Virus record (IMG/VR): IMGVR_UViG_3300009103_000012
Span: 20,395-84,394 of that record
Strand: one strand, 5' to 3'
DNA length: 64,000 nt
Source: a virus
The position numbers and the translations under genes were made by a program. Below the pieces are notes generated by a model, which had not been told where the DNA came from, made no database searches, and saw nothing but the letters and a program-made list of their open reading frames with translations. Below are positions 26,000-36,040 of the stretch, in pieces. Within the stretch, counting starts at the first letter, position 1; each line of letters starts with the position of its first letter.

Positions 26000-26431
26000 T
26001 TAATACTCCATGTCTTTTCGGATTTCTTCTTCGCTTTTCTCTCTTCGGTCTTGGTACTCTTTCTTTATATTAAGAATTGGTACTGCCTCGCCATCGCCGT
26101 CGATCCTTACAAACGTCATTTCAACATCACATACAAGCTTTTGTGATCCATTGACGACACTATGTCTTCGAGCTTCAAGCTTCACAGTTATCGAACATGT
26201 TCCGATTCTTAATACATCACCGTAAATTTTTATTATCTGTCCCGGTCGAACTGGCCTCTGGAAAACCACTTGAGAAATACTTTTTGTAACTAATCGAGGT
26301 GAGCCACATACTTGGGCTGTAAAAGCTCCTGCAGCTTCATCAAGCCATGAAAGCATAACTCCACCAAAAAGGTTTCCATGAACACCGATATTTTGACCTT
26401 TACATATATGCGTCGAGATGAGCTGCATCAT
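26000..26431 (-). CDS. Hotdog-fold acyl-CoA thioesterase (YciA-like)
   Basis: HGNLFGGVMLSWLDEAA, F.RPV..G, GTCSITV, MTFVRID. Confidence 0.85.
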   Translation of the reverse strand: MMQLISTHICKGQNIGVHGNLFGGVMLSWLDEAAGAFTAQVCGSPRLVTKSISQVVFQRPVRPGQIIKIYGDVLRIGTCSITVKLEARRHSVVNGSQKLVCDVEMTFVRIDGDGEAVPILNIKKEYQDRREKSEEEIRKDMEY

Positions 26432-26438
26432 ATTTTAT

Positions 26439-27449
26439 TTATTGGACAAATTTACAAAGTTGTAAAGCTACTCTATAGGGATCGCATCCTGATGATGGGC
26501 GACGATCTTCAAGGTACCCACGCCACTCTTTCTCTATAACACTATTGGGTATCCTCACTGAAGTGTCTCTAGCGGCGACGCCATAAGTAAATCTATCTAA
26601 TGAAGCCGTCTCAAATCCCCCAGTTAGACGAAGACCATTCTCAGCCCCATATTCAGATATCGACTCGTGATGTCGAGCCTCCATATTAGAAATAATTCGC
26701 TGGAATTCTTCTTCATTACCATCTTCTCTCATTTTCTTAGTAGAGAAATTAGTATGACACCCAGAGCCATTCCAACCAGGGTGGGGCTTGGGATGCCAAT
26801 CGACACCAAGCTCAAGGTCTTCTGTCATCAGCTCCAGAAGATACCTACTAACCCACAACGCATCGGCGGCAGTTATCGGATTCTCTGCGAAACATTGATA
26901 TTCCCATTGTCCTGGGGAGACCTCCGCATTATAGCCAACCACCCTAACTCCGACCTGATTACAAAATGAAGCATGCTCACGAATAAGCTTCCGAAACTTC
27001 ACGCTACCTCCTGAAGAGCAATAGTAACGCGAATCCTTGATCGGCTCTCCGCTATCAGGCCAGAACACATTCTTATCATTCGAAGTGATGAAATATTCCT
27101 GTTCGAAACCAACCCACATTTCTTGAGCACCTTCCGTGCTCGCTACTGCTTCTCGTAACTTCGCCCTGTAATTTGACGGATGAGGTGTTCGCTCAGCATT
27201 AGGCATACATACTTCACATAAAGCAACATAGTGATTGTCAGCGACTTGAAACATTGCTTTTGGTTGCAGGACTCTTTCAGAGTCGCCAGTGTCTGCTTGC
27301 CCGGTCGAAGAGCCATCAAAGTTCCACTCAGGAACATCTAATTGAACTTCTCCAGCTTCATTAGGCTGAAGGACAGTCGATTTTGTTTTCGACCTAATGG
27401 AGGGATGCTCAAAACCATCCACCCAAATATAGTCTAAATGAACTAACAT
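26439..27449 (-). CDS. glnII: Glutamine synthetase type II
   Basis: YIWVDG, RSKTK, WNFDGSSTGQA, GFEQEY, NAEVSPGQWEYQ, HPKP..WNGSGCHTNFST, GYLEDRRPSS..DPY; ~336 aa is GSII length. Confidence 0.9.
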   Translation of the reverse strand: MLVHLDYIWVDGFEHPSIRSKTKSTVLQPNEAGEVQLDVPEWNFDGSSTGQADTGDSERVLQPKAMFQVADNHYVALCEVCMPNAERTPHPSNYRAKLREAVASTEGAQEMWVGFEQEYFITSNDKNVFWPDSGEPIKDSRYYCSSGGSVKFRKLIREHASFCNQVGVRVVGYNAEVSPGQWEYQCFAENPITAADALWVSRYLLELMTEDLELGVDWHPKPHPGWNGSGCHTNFSTKKMREDGNEEEFQRIISNMEARHHESISEYGAENGLRLTGGFETASLDRFTYGVAARDTSVRIPNSVIEKEWRGYLEDRRPSSGCDPYRVALQLCKFVQ

Positions 27450-28363
27450 TAGTCCCCCTTAATCTCGTTTAATATTTTAACAATGTCTAAATTCGCGCAA
27501 TCTTTCTTTCTATTGCTCTGATGATAATGACTAACAAAACCGTTGAATTTACTATTCTTCACAGATAACTCGAGCTTTCTACTTGTCAAGAACCCAGAGT
27601 CCCCAGACTCTGGACCCTCTAGCGGGATGTTATATCTCTCATGCATTGCAAGCCAAAGAGCTTTTAATGCTTCAATTTGTACTGGATAAAAATCCAGAAA
27701 GGGCTCTAGCTTTCGTCCATGGCATTTAGCATTTTCTACTAATGCACGTTCACCGAACCCATTCTTAACATACCATGACTGATACTTGGTATAATAAGCA
27801 TTTGCAATCTCAACACCAACCGCACAGCGATTAACACTTCCTGCATGCCATGCACCATGCTGGGTATCTAACATCTGATAAATCGTTCCATCATTGTCTA
27901 TCAAAAAATGAACAGATATACCACGCTTATTTAGCACCTTCGCACAAGACTCGGAGCTTAAACAAACGTCCCAATGATTAACAAACATCTTTACATCACG
28001 CTCTTTTTCACCCGAATAATCATAATAGGTGCCCGGTTCTGACTTAAAACCATCGGAGTCGTCCCACAAAATAACCTTGGCCCAATCAATCACTTGTGGT
28101 TTTCCATTACAAATGATATAGCTTTGGTCTTTCTCTTTTGGGCAAGTATAGATGTAGTCGCTTATCTCTGCTTCTCGCTCAGTCCATATCCGACGATATG
28201 TCGTGGGTCCGCAAAGACCATCAGCTGTCAACCTATTCTCTCGCTGCCATTTTCTAATCGCACTTACAAGCTTTTCATCATGATACTTCACACCGAACCA
28301 TTCAGGTGTCCACCCAAGAGAATCAGCAGAACTTTTATTGTAGAATACTTTGTCGATTGCCAT
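27449..28363 (-). CDS. Endolysin: peptidoglycan-binding domain plus N-acetylmuramoyl-L-alanine amidase (amidase_2)
   Basis: AIRKWQ...LTADGLCGPTT PG-binding motif; VNHW, SVHFLIDNDG, AWHAG, GVEI, SH...KKDC. Confidence 0.82.
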   Translation of the reverse strand: MAIDKVFYNKSSADSLGWTPEWFGVKYHDEKLVSAIRKWQRENRLTADGLCGPTTYRRIWTEREAEISDYIYTCPKEKDQSYIICNGKPQVIDWAKVILWDDSDGFKSEPGTYYDYSGEKERDVKMFVNHWDVCLSSESCAKVLNKRGISVHFLIDNDGTIYQMLDTQHGAWHAGSVNRCAVGVEIANAYYTKYQSWYVKNGFGERALVENAKCHGRKLEPFLDFYPVQIEALKALWLAMHERYNIPLEGPESGDSGFLTSRKLELSVKNSKFNGFVSHYHQSNRKKDCANLDIVKILNEIKGD

Positions 28364-28371
28364 CGGCCCGC

Positions 28372-28974
28372 CTACTCAAAATCAATGTCGACAGCTACCT
28401 TTATAGACAGCTTCGGAACACGAAGATGATTAGCCATGTTATGCTTCTTGGTTTCTGCTGCATCCAGAAACCAGTCCGCATGCTTCTTCTTATCTACGAT
28501 CTTCATGAAATAGTCATCTTTCTTACCGCAATTCTGAGCCATCATGGTATAAATTATTGTATTTAGCCTGTCGGCTTCTGCGGCGCCAGCCTTCATCTCT
28601 TCAACTTTACCCCATTCCATTGACGAAACATCATGAATCATTACTGTTGCGTTGGGGTCCATAAACCGATATCCTTCATCTCCAAATGAAAACAACACTG
28701 CTCCGCACGACATAGCTTTACCTTCTACGATAGTTGCTACGGGAATCTCAGCGTGTTTAATCGCACTAATCATGCTCATTAAACTATATACTTGGCCGCC
28801 ATAAGAATCGATTATCACTGGAATTACCTTTTGCCCAGTATTATGAGCTTGTCCCATTTCTAATGCAAATTTCTTTGCTGACTCTTCATCGAACTTATTG
28901 ACGCGAATCATTATTGGCTGCTTCCTCAGCTCTATCTCTTTTATTTTCGGATCTATCTCAGATGTCCAGTGCAT
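28372..28974 (-). CDS. clpP: ClpP-family protease
   Basis: IDSYGGQV, GKAMSCG (Ser), VMIHD (His), DWFLDAAE (Asp). Confidence 0.85.
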   Translation of the reverse strand: MHWTSEIDPKIKEIELRKQPIMIRVNKFDEESAKKFALEMGQAHNTGQKVIPVIIDSYGGQVYSLMSMISAIKHAEIPVATIVEGKAMSCGAVLFSFGDEGYRFMDPNATVMIHDVSSMEWGKVEEMKAGAAEADRLNTIIYTMMAQNCGKKDDYFMKIVDKKKHADWFLDAAETKKHNMANHLRVPKLSIKVAVDIDFE

Positions 28975-28989
28975 TTCATCTCCTCTAAA

Positions 28990-31497
28990 TTATCCACACT
29001 TCGCCATACCGCAATTTTTGCAGGTTGCACAGCCTTCCTGATATACTATATTCGGGCTATCGCAACAGGCAGTATCAAATACTCCATTACTTGCTTTGGT
29101 ACCATCAGCGATATACTTCTTAAGGCATCGCGCTGTCACCTTAGCAAAACTAAATAGGTCAGCATCTTTGTCTTTTTGTAATTGCTCTACCATATACTGC
29201 ACAGGAACACCATGCCGTAATGCCAATGATATTGTTCTGGTAAATGCAGAGTGGTTCGGATTATCAAATACCTTAACGATATCTTTTATCACAAACTCAT
29301 CACCATTAGTACCTACAATCAAGTCATACTTCGAATTAACTGATTTTCGAGATCGTCGACGAATCTTTCCAGAAGTATATTTTCTGGGGATTTCAACATA
29401 CTCAGATAATCCCCCTATAACTTCGTAAGGTTTCCCCTTCATTAGTCCAATGAGGATGGTCCATGCCTCTCCCTTAATGTTCGCTTGATGAATATCACAA
29501 ACCATTTCCTCAGGACGCTTTGGGGCTGATCTCGTTATTATCTCACCCGCGTCACGGGGATTTTGATTCTTTTTATCAGAAGAAACTAAAACGCCCGCGC
29601 GACTTCCATCTCTATAAACAGTCACACCCTTACAACCAAGCTCCCAACCAGTCATGTAAACTTGCTTTACTGTCTCGACGCTTGTATCGGCTGGTAAATT
29701 TGTCGTATTAGAAATTGCATGACAAACCCACTTTTGTGCAGCTGCTTGCATTTTAACTTTTGCGAGCCAATCAATTTCATTAGCAGTCGCACCGGCATAA
29801 GGGCTCATCTTAACAAGCTTTTCATTACTCATTGTTTCACCCTCGCCGACCTCGATTGTGTCTATCCACTCCTTAAAGCCGTGGTGGTATACCGTATACT
29901 CCTGCCACTTATCACCGGAATCGTCAACAAAGTCAACACGAGCATCCTCATCTTGTCCAGTCAGCTTTTTCCTGCGTGTATAATGAAGCATAAATGCAGG
30001 TTCAATTCCTGATGTTGTCTGGCTTAAGACAGAGACGGAGCCAGCAGGGGCTGTCGTAGTTAGAGATATATTTCTGCGGCCATACTTCTTATTCATGCCG
30101 CGTAATTCCTCGTCGGCCTCCCAAATCCTCTCGAGAAATGGATGTCCTTCTTCTTTCTTAGCATCAAAAACTTCAAAAGCGCCCCGCTCTTTAGCCATCA
30201 TAATCGATGAACGATAAGCATTTACCGCAAGAGCCTTGTAAATCTTTCCTGTCCATTCAATGCTTTTATCTGAGCCGTAACGCTCTCCAAGCATTGCAAG
30301 AGTATCGCCTAAACCCGTTATCCCGAGACCGGTTCTACGACCTAAAATCGCTTGTGTCTTTATATTCTCCCAAAGGTCTAATTCAATACGCTTTACTTCT
30401 TGAGATTCTGGATCTTCGCTAATTTTAGAAATAATTTTATCAATCTGCTCGATCTCAAGATCGATCATATCGTCCATTAGCCTTTGCGCCTTATGAGACA
30501 CCTCTGCAAACTTCTTGAAATCAAAAGAAGCGTCTGCTGTCCATGCATTTCGAACAAAACCAGTTAGATTAAGAAGCATTAGCCGACAGCTATCATACGG
30601 AGAAAGAATAATCTCCCCACAAGGATTTGTAGAAACAGACCCAAAGCCCTCTTCTGAATAAATATCAGCAGGAGTATAAGACTTTGCTGTATCCCAAAAT
30701 AGCACTCCTGGTTCTGCTGCAGTATGTGCTCCCTCAATTATCTCATGCCATATCGATCTAGCATCTGCATACTCACTAACCTTAGGGCTAGTAGAATTTA
30801 TGGGCCATCGCAACTCTACATTTAAGCCATCCTTAACAGCATTCATAAATTCATCAGATACTCGAACAGAAATATTCGCGCCAGTGACTCTTGTCAGATC
30901 TCGTTTGATCTTTATGAAGTCACGAATTTGAGGATGATGAACTGAAATGGTTAGCATCAGTGCTCCGCGTCTACCGCCTTGCGCTACCTCTCTACATGAA
31001 TTTGAGAACCTATCCATAAAAACTTCAATACCATCTGTGGTTCGAGCCGCATTTGCAGTAGGTAGTCCTTTCGGGCGAATAGTGCTTAAATCAAATCCGA
31101 CACCACCACGACGCTTGGCTATTTGCACCAACTCTTGGTCTGTCTTCAATATCCCACCGTAGCTATCTTCTGGTGCTGGAACGACAAAGCAATTAGACAA
31201 GCTCTGAATTCTCTCTTCATTACCAATCCCAGACATAGGTGACCCCTGAGGGATTACATACTTAAAATCTTTTAGTAAGCCGTAGATCTCTTCATATGAC
31301 AACGGATTGGGATAACGAGATTCTGCTCGGTGAAGCTCTTTTGCTATCCTTTTGTGCATATCATCAGGTGACGATTCAAGGTAAGTACCATCGTTTCCTG
31401 CTAAAAGATATTTTGTTGTGACTACATTGGCCGCTAATTCATCGCCAGAAAAGTACTCTAACGAATTTGCAAACGCTTCCTGATAATCAAAAGTCAT
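28990..31497 (-). CDS. nrdJ: Ribonucleotide reductase, class II (adenosylcobalamin-dependent)
   Basis: SLSNCFV, RRGGVG, GGRRGALM, TNPCGEI, RRTGLG, TTAPAGS, TTSGIEP, KGVTVYRDGSR; C-terminal extension ending in a Cys cluster; no nrdB adjacent. Confidence 0.85.
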   Translation of the reverse strand: MTFDYQEAFANSLEYFSGDELAANVVTTKYLLAGNDGTYLESSPDDMHKRIAKELHRAESRYPNPLSYEEIYGLLKDFKYVIPQGSPMSGIGNEERIQSLSNCFVVPAPEDSYGGILKTDQELVQIAKRRGGVGFDLSTIRPKGLPTANAARTTDGIEVFMDRFSNSCREVAQGGRRGALMLTISVHHPQIRDFIKIKRDLTRVTGANISVRVSDEFMNAVKDGLNVELRWPINSTSPKVSEYADARSIWHEIIEGAHTAAEPGVLFWDTAKSYTPADIYSEEGFGSVSTNPCGEIILSPYDSCRLMLLNLTGFVRNAWTADASFDFKKFAEVSHKAQRLMDDMIDLEIEQIDKIISKISEDPESQEVKRIELDLWENIKTQAILGRRTGLGITGLGDTLAMLGERYGSDKSIEWTGKIYKALAVNAYRSSIMMAKERGAFEVFDAKKEEGHPFLERIWEADEELRGMNKKYGRRNISLTTTAPAGSVSVLSQTTSGIEPAFMLHYTRRKKLTGQDEDARVDFVDDSGDKWQEYTVYHHGFKEWIDTIEVGEGETMSNEKLVKMSPYAGATANEIDWLAKVKMQAAAQKWVCHAISNTTNLPADTSVETVKQVYMTGWELGCKGVTVYRDGSRAGVLVSSDKKNQNPRDAGEIITRSAPKRPEEMVCDIHQANIKGEAWTILIGLMKGKPYEVIGGLSEYVEIPRKYTSGKIRRRSRKSVNSKYDLIVGTNGDEFVIKDIVKVFDNPNHSAFTRTISLALRHGVPVQYMVEQLQKDKDADLFSFAKVTARCLKKYIADGTKASNGVFDTACCDSPNIVYQEGCATCKNCGMAKCG

Positions 31498-31520
31498 TTT
31501 TTCCTCTATCTCTAATGCTG

Positions 31521-32927
31521 TTAGACGCGCTTTAATTCAGCCCACTTCTTTTTGATTAGAGCTTTCGTTTCTTGTTTGTCATCCTTTATTGCTTCTGCCA
31601 AGGTGGATACTTCTTCATCAAGTACTTTAATAGTAGAGCGCGCGGTGTCAATGTGAATAGGAAAAAGGATCCCATCTTTTCCGGCTCGATTTTTCGCGAT
31701 GAAAAGTCGACCTGCTCCTGTAGCTTTTTCCGCCGGCTTACGAGATAACGATACCACGAGGTCAGCGACCATGGCCTTTCCATAAGCTTCTGACATATTT
31801 TCAAGCCCAACGATATCAGAATTTGCAGAATCTCTATTCGCTTGAGAAGCAGTCCAAATAGGTATCCGCAATTCCATCGCAAGGTTTCTAAGCTCTTCAT
31901 AAATTAGTTTAAGCTCGTGACGTAAAGAATCATACGATCGTGTGGACCGCATAATATCGGCATAATCAATTACCAAAACACTCGGCTTAAACCCTCTAAG
32001 AGCAAGCTTTTCTATGTGGTTCCTAATCGTTGTAACAGACGGATACCCTGTCGGATACTCTTTGATAATGAGTCTACCAAGGTCTTCATTTTCTTCATAA
32101 AATTTCTTTACACGATCTTTATTATCGACGACGTCTGATGAAGAAATGCCACAAAGATTCGAATCATACCGAATGCCAACCGCATTCTCTGTTAATTCGA
32201 ACGTATAGTGTAATACATTCTTTCCGACCCTCATTGCATTTGCGCCCATTTGTACCAGATAATGAGACTTGCCGACACCAGTATTTGCTGTTACAACACC
32301 AATCTCACCTCTTCCGAGACCACCAGCGAGTATATCTTTCGCATCAAGTTGCGGAATACCAGTTGGACAAACGCAACGATTAACTTTCTGAAAGCGTGCT
32401 TCCATATCCTCAAAAAAATCATGACCTACGGTATTCGCTAGACCAATCGAAACTGCGTTCTTCATGAGTGAAATAACGGACTCAAAATTATCTGTGGAGA
32501 TAAGCTCAACTGACTTTTCAAGAGCTTCTTTAAATGCTTGTCTCTTACAAAAATCAAGTGACTTTTCTTTTACATAAGCAATATCACCGGGGTGTGGGTT
32601 CTCTTTTGCTCTTATCAAATAGCTTACGATCTGGTCACGGAGCAAAACATCACCGTCTTCGCTTAACCCATCTTTGATAATACTGATTAGCAAAGCTTGG
32701 GTGGGAAAACATCTATACTCAGTAAAGTACTTAAAATATTTCTCGCAAAGATACTCAAGGTATCGCAGCTCAAAAAAATCTGGTCTCATAACTTCGACCA
32801 TTTGCGCAGCCCACTGGTGATCTGTCAATAGTCCTTGCAAAATCTTTTCTTGAAAAGACTTATTATATTGCCTAAACTGGCCACCTGGAATTTCATTCAA
32901 GATATTATTGTTAGCGAGTGCGCTCAT
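31521..32927 (-). CDS. dnaB: Replicative DnaB-like (SF4) helicase
   Basis: ANTGVGKS Walker A, HYTFEL, VIDYAD, WTASQANR, KNRAG. Confidence 0.9.
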   Translation of the reverse strand: MSALANNNILNEIPGGQFRQYNKSFQEKILQGLLTDHQWAAQMVEVMRPDFFELRYLEYLCEKYFKYFTEYRCFPTQALLISIIKDGLSEDGDVLLRDQIVSYLIRAKENPHPGDIAYVKEKSLDFCKRQAFKEALEKSVELISTDNFESVISLMKNAVSIGLANTVGHDFFEDMEARFQKVNRCVCPTGIPQLDAKDILAGGLGRGEIGVVTANTGVGKSHYLVQMGANAMRVGKNVLHYTFELTENAVGIRYDSNLCGISSSDVVDNKDRVKKFYEENEDLGRLIIKEYPTGYPSVTTIRNHIEKLALRGFKPSVLVIDYADIMRSTRSYDSLRHELKLIYEELRNLAMELRIPIWTASQANRDSANSDIVGLENMSEAYGKAMVADLVVSLSRKPAEKATGAGRLFIAKNRAGKDGILFPIHIDTARSTIKVLDEEVSTLAEAIKDDKQETKALIKKKWAELKRV

Positions 32928-32935
32928 TATTTTTT

Positions 32936-33886
32936 TTACCCCAATGTTCGTAAGGTCATGAACAATTTATCATAATCGAAGTTTTTTATTCCCAATGCCC
33001 TTAGGGAACGAATAAAGCCAAGCTTATCTCTCTTTAAGCTGGAAATTTCAAGTGCTTCATCTATTTTCTTAGCCTGAGCTCCCGATACATTTCCATGTCC
33101 CAAATACATAAGCTTCCAATTTTTGTTGACAGTATCTTCGTGATCTATGATGCTATCATAGAGCTTCAGACGCTTTTGTTTCCGAAGATCTTCACATTCT
33201 GTAAGTATGTCGGAAACAGCCAGAGATTCTCCGCTTTCCAAACGAGCGAACCTTTTCGCCAGGCTCCTAAACCCAGCTCCAGGGACACCTTTTAGCCCGT
33301 CAGACCCATCACCGACAAAGCATCTTGCCAAACAAAAATTTACAGGATGTATCCTAAACTCTTGTAACACTTTATCAACTGTCCACTCTCTCTTGCTGCC
33401 TGGAGACCAAACGCTAATCCTCTCATCAATTAATTGATAAAAATCTTTATCAGTAGAAATAATGACACATTTTTTTTCTTTAAGAACGACATTACAAAGA
33501 CGTGCAATTACATCGTCTGCTTCACAATCTGAAATATAGACCTGCGGTACCGCTGTCTTTCGTAAGAGACCAACTAAATTTGTAATTTGCTCATTTCTAT
33601 TTGAAACTGTATCAGGTAAATCCCCAGAATAGAAACGGTTTAATTTTTCAGGTCTGCGGCCGCCCTTATAATTGGGGTCGATTGATCTTCTTCTAGGTGA
33701 GCCGCCGCCCTCCCAAACAACTATAACTGACTCTGGAGAATACCTCTCTGTCAACAGTTGAATGCTCTTCAGAAAACCGACTATGCCACCTATGGGATCC
33801 CCATTCTCTCCCATCGATGGATTTGCTACAAAATGTCTATAAAAGCAATTTAGGCCATCAATCAGTAAAATTGGTCGATCTTTCAT
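32936..33886 (-). CDS. 5'-3' exonuclease / flap endonuclease (T4 RNase H / PolI N-terminal-like)
   Basis: LLIDGLN, YKGGR, EADDVIA, STDKDFYQL, GDGSDGLKGVPGAG. Confidence 0.9.
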   Translation of the reverse strand: MKDRPILLIDGLNCFYRHFVANPSMGENGDPIGGIVGFLKSIQLLTERYSPESVIVVWEGGGSPRRRSIDPNYKGGRRPEKLNRFYSGDLPDTVSNRNEQITNLVGLLRKTAVPQVYISDCEADDVIARLCNVVLKEKKCVIISTDKDFYQLIDERISVWSPGSKREWTVDKVLQEFRIHPVNFCLARCFVGDGSDGLKGVPGAGFRSLAKRFARLESGESLAVSDILTECEDLRKQKRLKLYDSIIDHEDTVNKNWKLMYLGHGNVSGAQAKKIDEALEISSLKRDKLGFIRSLRALGIKNFDYDKLFMTLRTLG

Positions 33887-35082
33887 TAGTCATTCAAGTC
33901 CGGAAGGTCTTCCAAATTAATCTCCATTGCAGCTGCTCGGACTTCTTCGTAAGACTCTGTATCAAGCATTGCATGTTCATCATCAGACATTTTTCTTATC
34001 ATACATATAGCCAAAAGATCGTCTATATACTTCTGGTACTCAGCATCTTTCCATACATCTCCAAAATCGTTCTTATAAAATTTCTTCTCGATGTTAATTT
34101 CGCCCGTTACAGTGTCGGTTACAGTCAACGTTTTCCATGCGCTTGTTCCCTTAACACACACTTCTTTTCCGTCAATTATCTCGGGGCCGTGCTTCCGAAG
34201 CTCATCAAAGACTTGCTCGTGCTCAACGATTCCTTTACCGAAATGAATTTCAAAATTGCACTCCCTGAAAGGTGGTGCTACCTTATTCTTAATTGTCTTC
34301 GCGCGGACGTGAATGCCAATAACTTCTTTGCTCTTATTGGTAATCTGTTGACCGGCGCCGAGCTTGATTCGTACAGATGAATGGAAAGGAATCGCCTTAC
34401 CCCCGGGAGTAGTTGTGGGATCTCCATACATAACTCCAATTTTTGTTCGAATTTGGTTTAAGCAGATAAACAGGACATTCTGATTTGCAATGACACCTGT
34501 AATTTTGCGCATACCTTTAGAGATGGCGCGTGCTTGTAAACCAATAGAATTTTGTTCGTATGTTCCATCTAATTCGGCCTTAGGAGATGAAGCAGCAACA
34601 GAGTCCCAGATAATGGTTACTGGTACGTCTTTATCCATCGCCTTGGCTTTCATTATAGTCGATTCAGCAATAGAAAGAACCTCCTCTGTGCAGTGCGTAT
34701 CAACATATACGAACCGCTTGTTAATATCAACGCCAAGCAGCCCCAGGTTTTCAACAGAAGTTGCATTCTCTGTATCAATATAGACTACAATTCCGCCAAG
34801 AAGCTGGCATGATCTTGCGATCTGAATTGCGATATGAGACTTTCCAATCGAGGGAGGCCCAAATATCTCTATAATTCTCCCCTCCGGTAATCCTCCATTA
34901 CTGCGATTTGCGATGATGTAATCTAGCTGTTGGGACCCGGTACTAATCCATCGATTAACATGCGTTGGAGATTCGTCTGTTGAAAGATTATACGCTACTC
35001 TAGAACCGTGCTCTTTGTTAAGAGACTTAATCAAATCAGAAGTGAAATCATCACTACCGCTACCACCTTTTTTCTTTGCCAT
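33886..35082 (-). CDS. recA: RecA/UvsX recombinase
   Basis: GRIIEIFGPPSIGKS, YIDTE, IWDSVAA, NQIRTKIGVMYGDPTTTPGGKAIPF, KNKVAPPF; real start ATG 35082 (MAKKK) after a GAGG RBS and promoter. Confidence 0.95.
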   Translation of the reverse strand: MAKKKGGSGSDDFTSDLIKSLNKEHGSRVAYNLSTDESPTHVNRWISTGSQQLDYIIANRSNGGLPEGRIIEIFGPPSIGKSHIAIQIARSCQLLGGIVVYIDTENATSVENLGLLGVDINKRFVYVDTHCTEEVLSIAESTIMKAKAMDKDVPVTIIWDSVAASSPKAELDGTYEQNSIGLQARAISKGMRKITGVIANQNVLFICLNQIRTKIGVMYGDPTTTPGGKAIPFHSSVRIKLGAGQQITNKSKEVIGIHVRAKTIKNKVAPPFRECNFEIHFGKGIVEHEQVFDELRKHGPEIIDGKEVCVKGTSAWKTLTVTDTVTGEINIEKKFYKNDFGDVWKDAEYQKYIDDLLAICMIRKMSDDEHAMLDTESYEEVRAAAMEINLEDLPDLND

Positions 35083-35100
35083 GTTATTACCTCGTAAAAG

Positions 35101-35129
35101 ATTATACACTCGAAATAAGAAGTGTTCAA
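35101..35129 (-). promoter_or_regulatory. Sigma70-like promoter TTGAAC-N17-TATAAT upstream of recA
   Basis: Near-consensus boxes, 17-nt spacer, immediately after a terminator. Confidence 0.75.
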
Positions 35130-35131
35130 GT

Positions 35132-35162
35132 AAAAAGGGAGGAAGCATTGCTTCCTCCCTTT
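35132..35162 (-). terminator. Rho-independent terminator after the SSB gene
   Basis: Minus strand GGGAGGAAGC-AAT-GCTTCCTCCC followed by TTTTT. Confidence 0.85.
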
Positions 35163-35185
35163 GGGTTAAAGACCAGAGATGTTAA

Positions 35186-35980
35186 TTAGAAACTATCATC
35201 TTCAAGGTCTGCAAACGCGTCATCAAGGCTCTTGAACTTAGACTCGATATTCTTTGGTGCGGAGCTAGTGGTAGTAGTACCGTTGAAGCCGCGTGTTGTT
35301 TCACCCTCATCGCTCTCGGCGTCATCGCCTTCAAGCCAATCATTTACGATCTTTGTCAAAGCGTCATAAGACTTTGCTTCATACATATCGTTAATATCAG
35401 GAATGTTTTCAACCCATGTCGCTGCCTGCTTATTATCACTACAAAGAGCTGATTGCTTGCCGCGGGGGCGCACTTCAGTTGTTGCCCACATACGTCCAGG
35501 CGCCTTTGTACAAATCACCTTGACATCACGACCATCTGTCGGGTCGGTGATATCGCCGTAATCTTCATCAAGCATAATATTGAGAAGAGACTGATATACT
35601 GTTTTGCCAAAAGCCCAAATACGAACACCTTTGTCTTCTTCACCGCGAACGATAACAGGGGCGTAATATCGCGCCTTGGGATAAAGCTTCTTACAAAGCT
35701 CATAAGACTCCTTTGTTCCCTCATCACGAAGCTTTGTGATGAGCTCCTGAATCGGATCGGGATCGCCAAACTGATATGGCGCAAGAAGTCCAGGGTTGTT
35801 TCCGATGTTATAGTAAAACCATCGCTCAGCGAAGGGAAGACCGTCATCATTCGCTGGGAATGACATGAGCCGAACTACGCTCTCTTCACCTTCTTGGGGA
35901 CGCCACATTGTGTTGCGGCGGGAGTTATTGCCAGAAAGCTGGCCAAGCTTCTTACGAAGCGCATCAAAATTAATTGCCAT
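35186..35980 (-). CDS. Single-stranded DNA-binding protein (T4 gp32-like)
   Basis: WRP...VRL, RYYAPVIVRGEE, GVRIWAFGK, DYGDITDP..GRD, acidic tail (DDAFADLEDDSF); start ATG 35980 with GGAGG. Confidence 0.85.
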   Translation of the reverse strand: MAINFDALRKKLGQLSGNNSRRNTMWRPQEGEESVVRLMSFPANDDGLPFAERWFYYNIGNNPGLLAPYQFGDPDPIQELITKLRDEGTKESYELCKKLYPKARYYAPVIVRGEEDKGVRIWAFGKTVYQSLLNIMLDEDYGDITDPTDGRDVKVICTKAPGRMWATTEVRPRGKQSALCSDNKQAATWVENIPDINDMYEAKSYDALTKIVNDWLEGDDAESDEGETTRGFNGTTTTSSAPKNIESKFKSLDDAFADLEDDSF

Positions 35981-36040
35981 GTTAACCTCCAAATGTTTAA
36001 TATGCAATATTCAATTGTCTTTTGTCCTAAGGACATTTAT

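Noticed and set aside
19404-35082. Inteins or introns in DnaE, NrdJ, DnaB or RecA
   Set aside because: ORFs are continuous and of ordinary length; no C/S...HN-C/S/T splice motifs or LAGLIDADG/HNH inserts noticed.
35083-35148. ORF-track N-terminal extension of RecA (similarly SSB, MT-A70, cupin, dCTPase, 3734..4285 and 24662..25015)
   Set aside because: The extensions run through promoters, terminators or upstream genes; downstream starts have a proper RBS or stop-start coupling.
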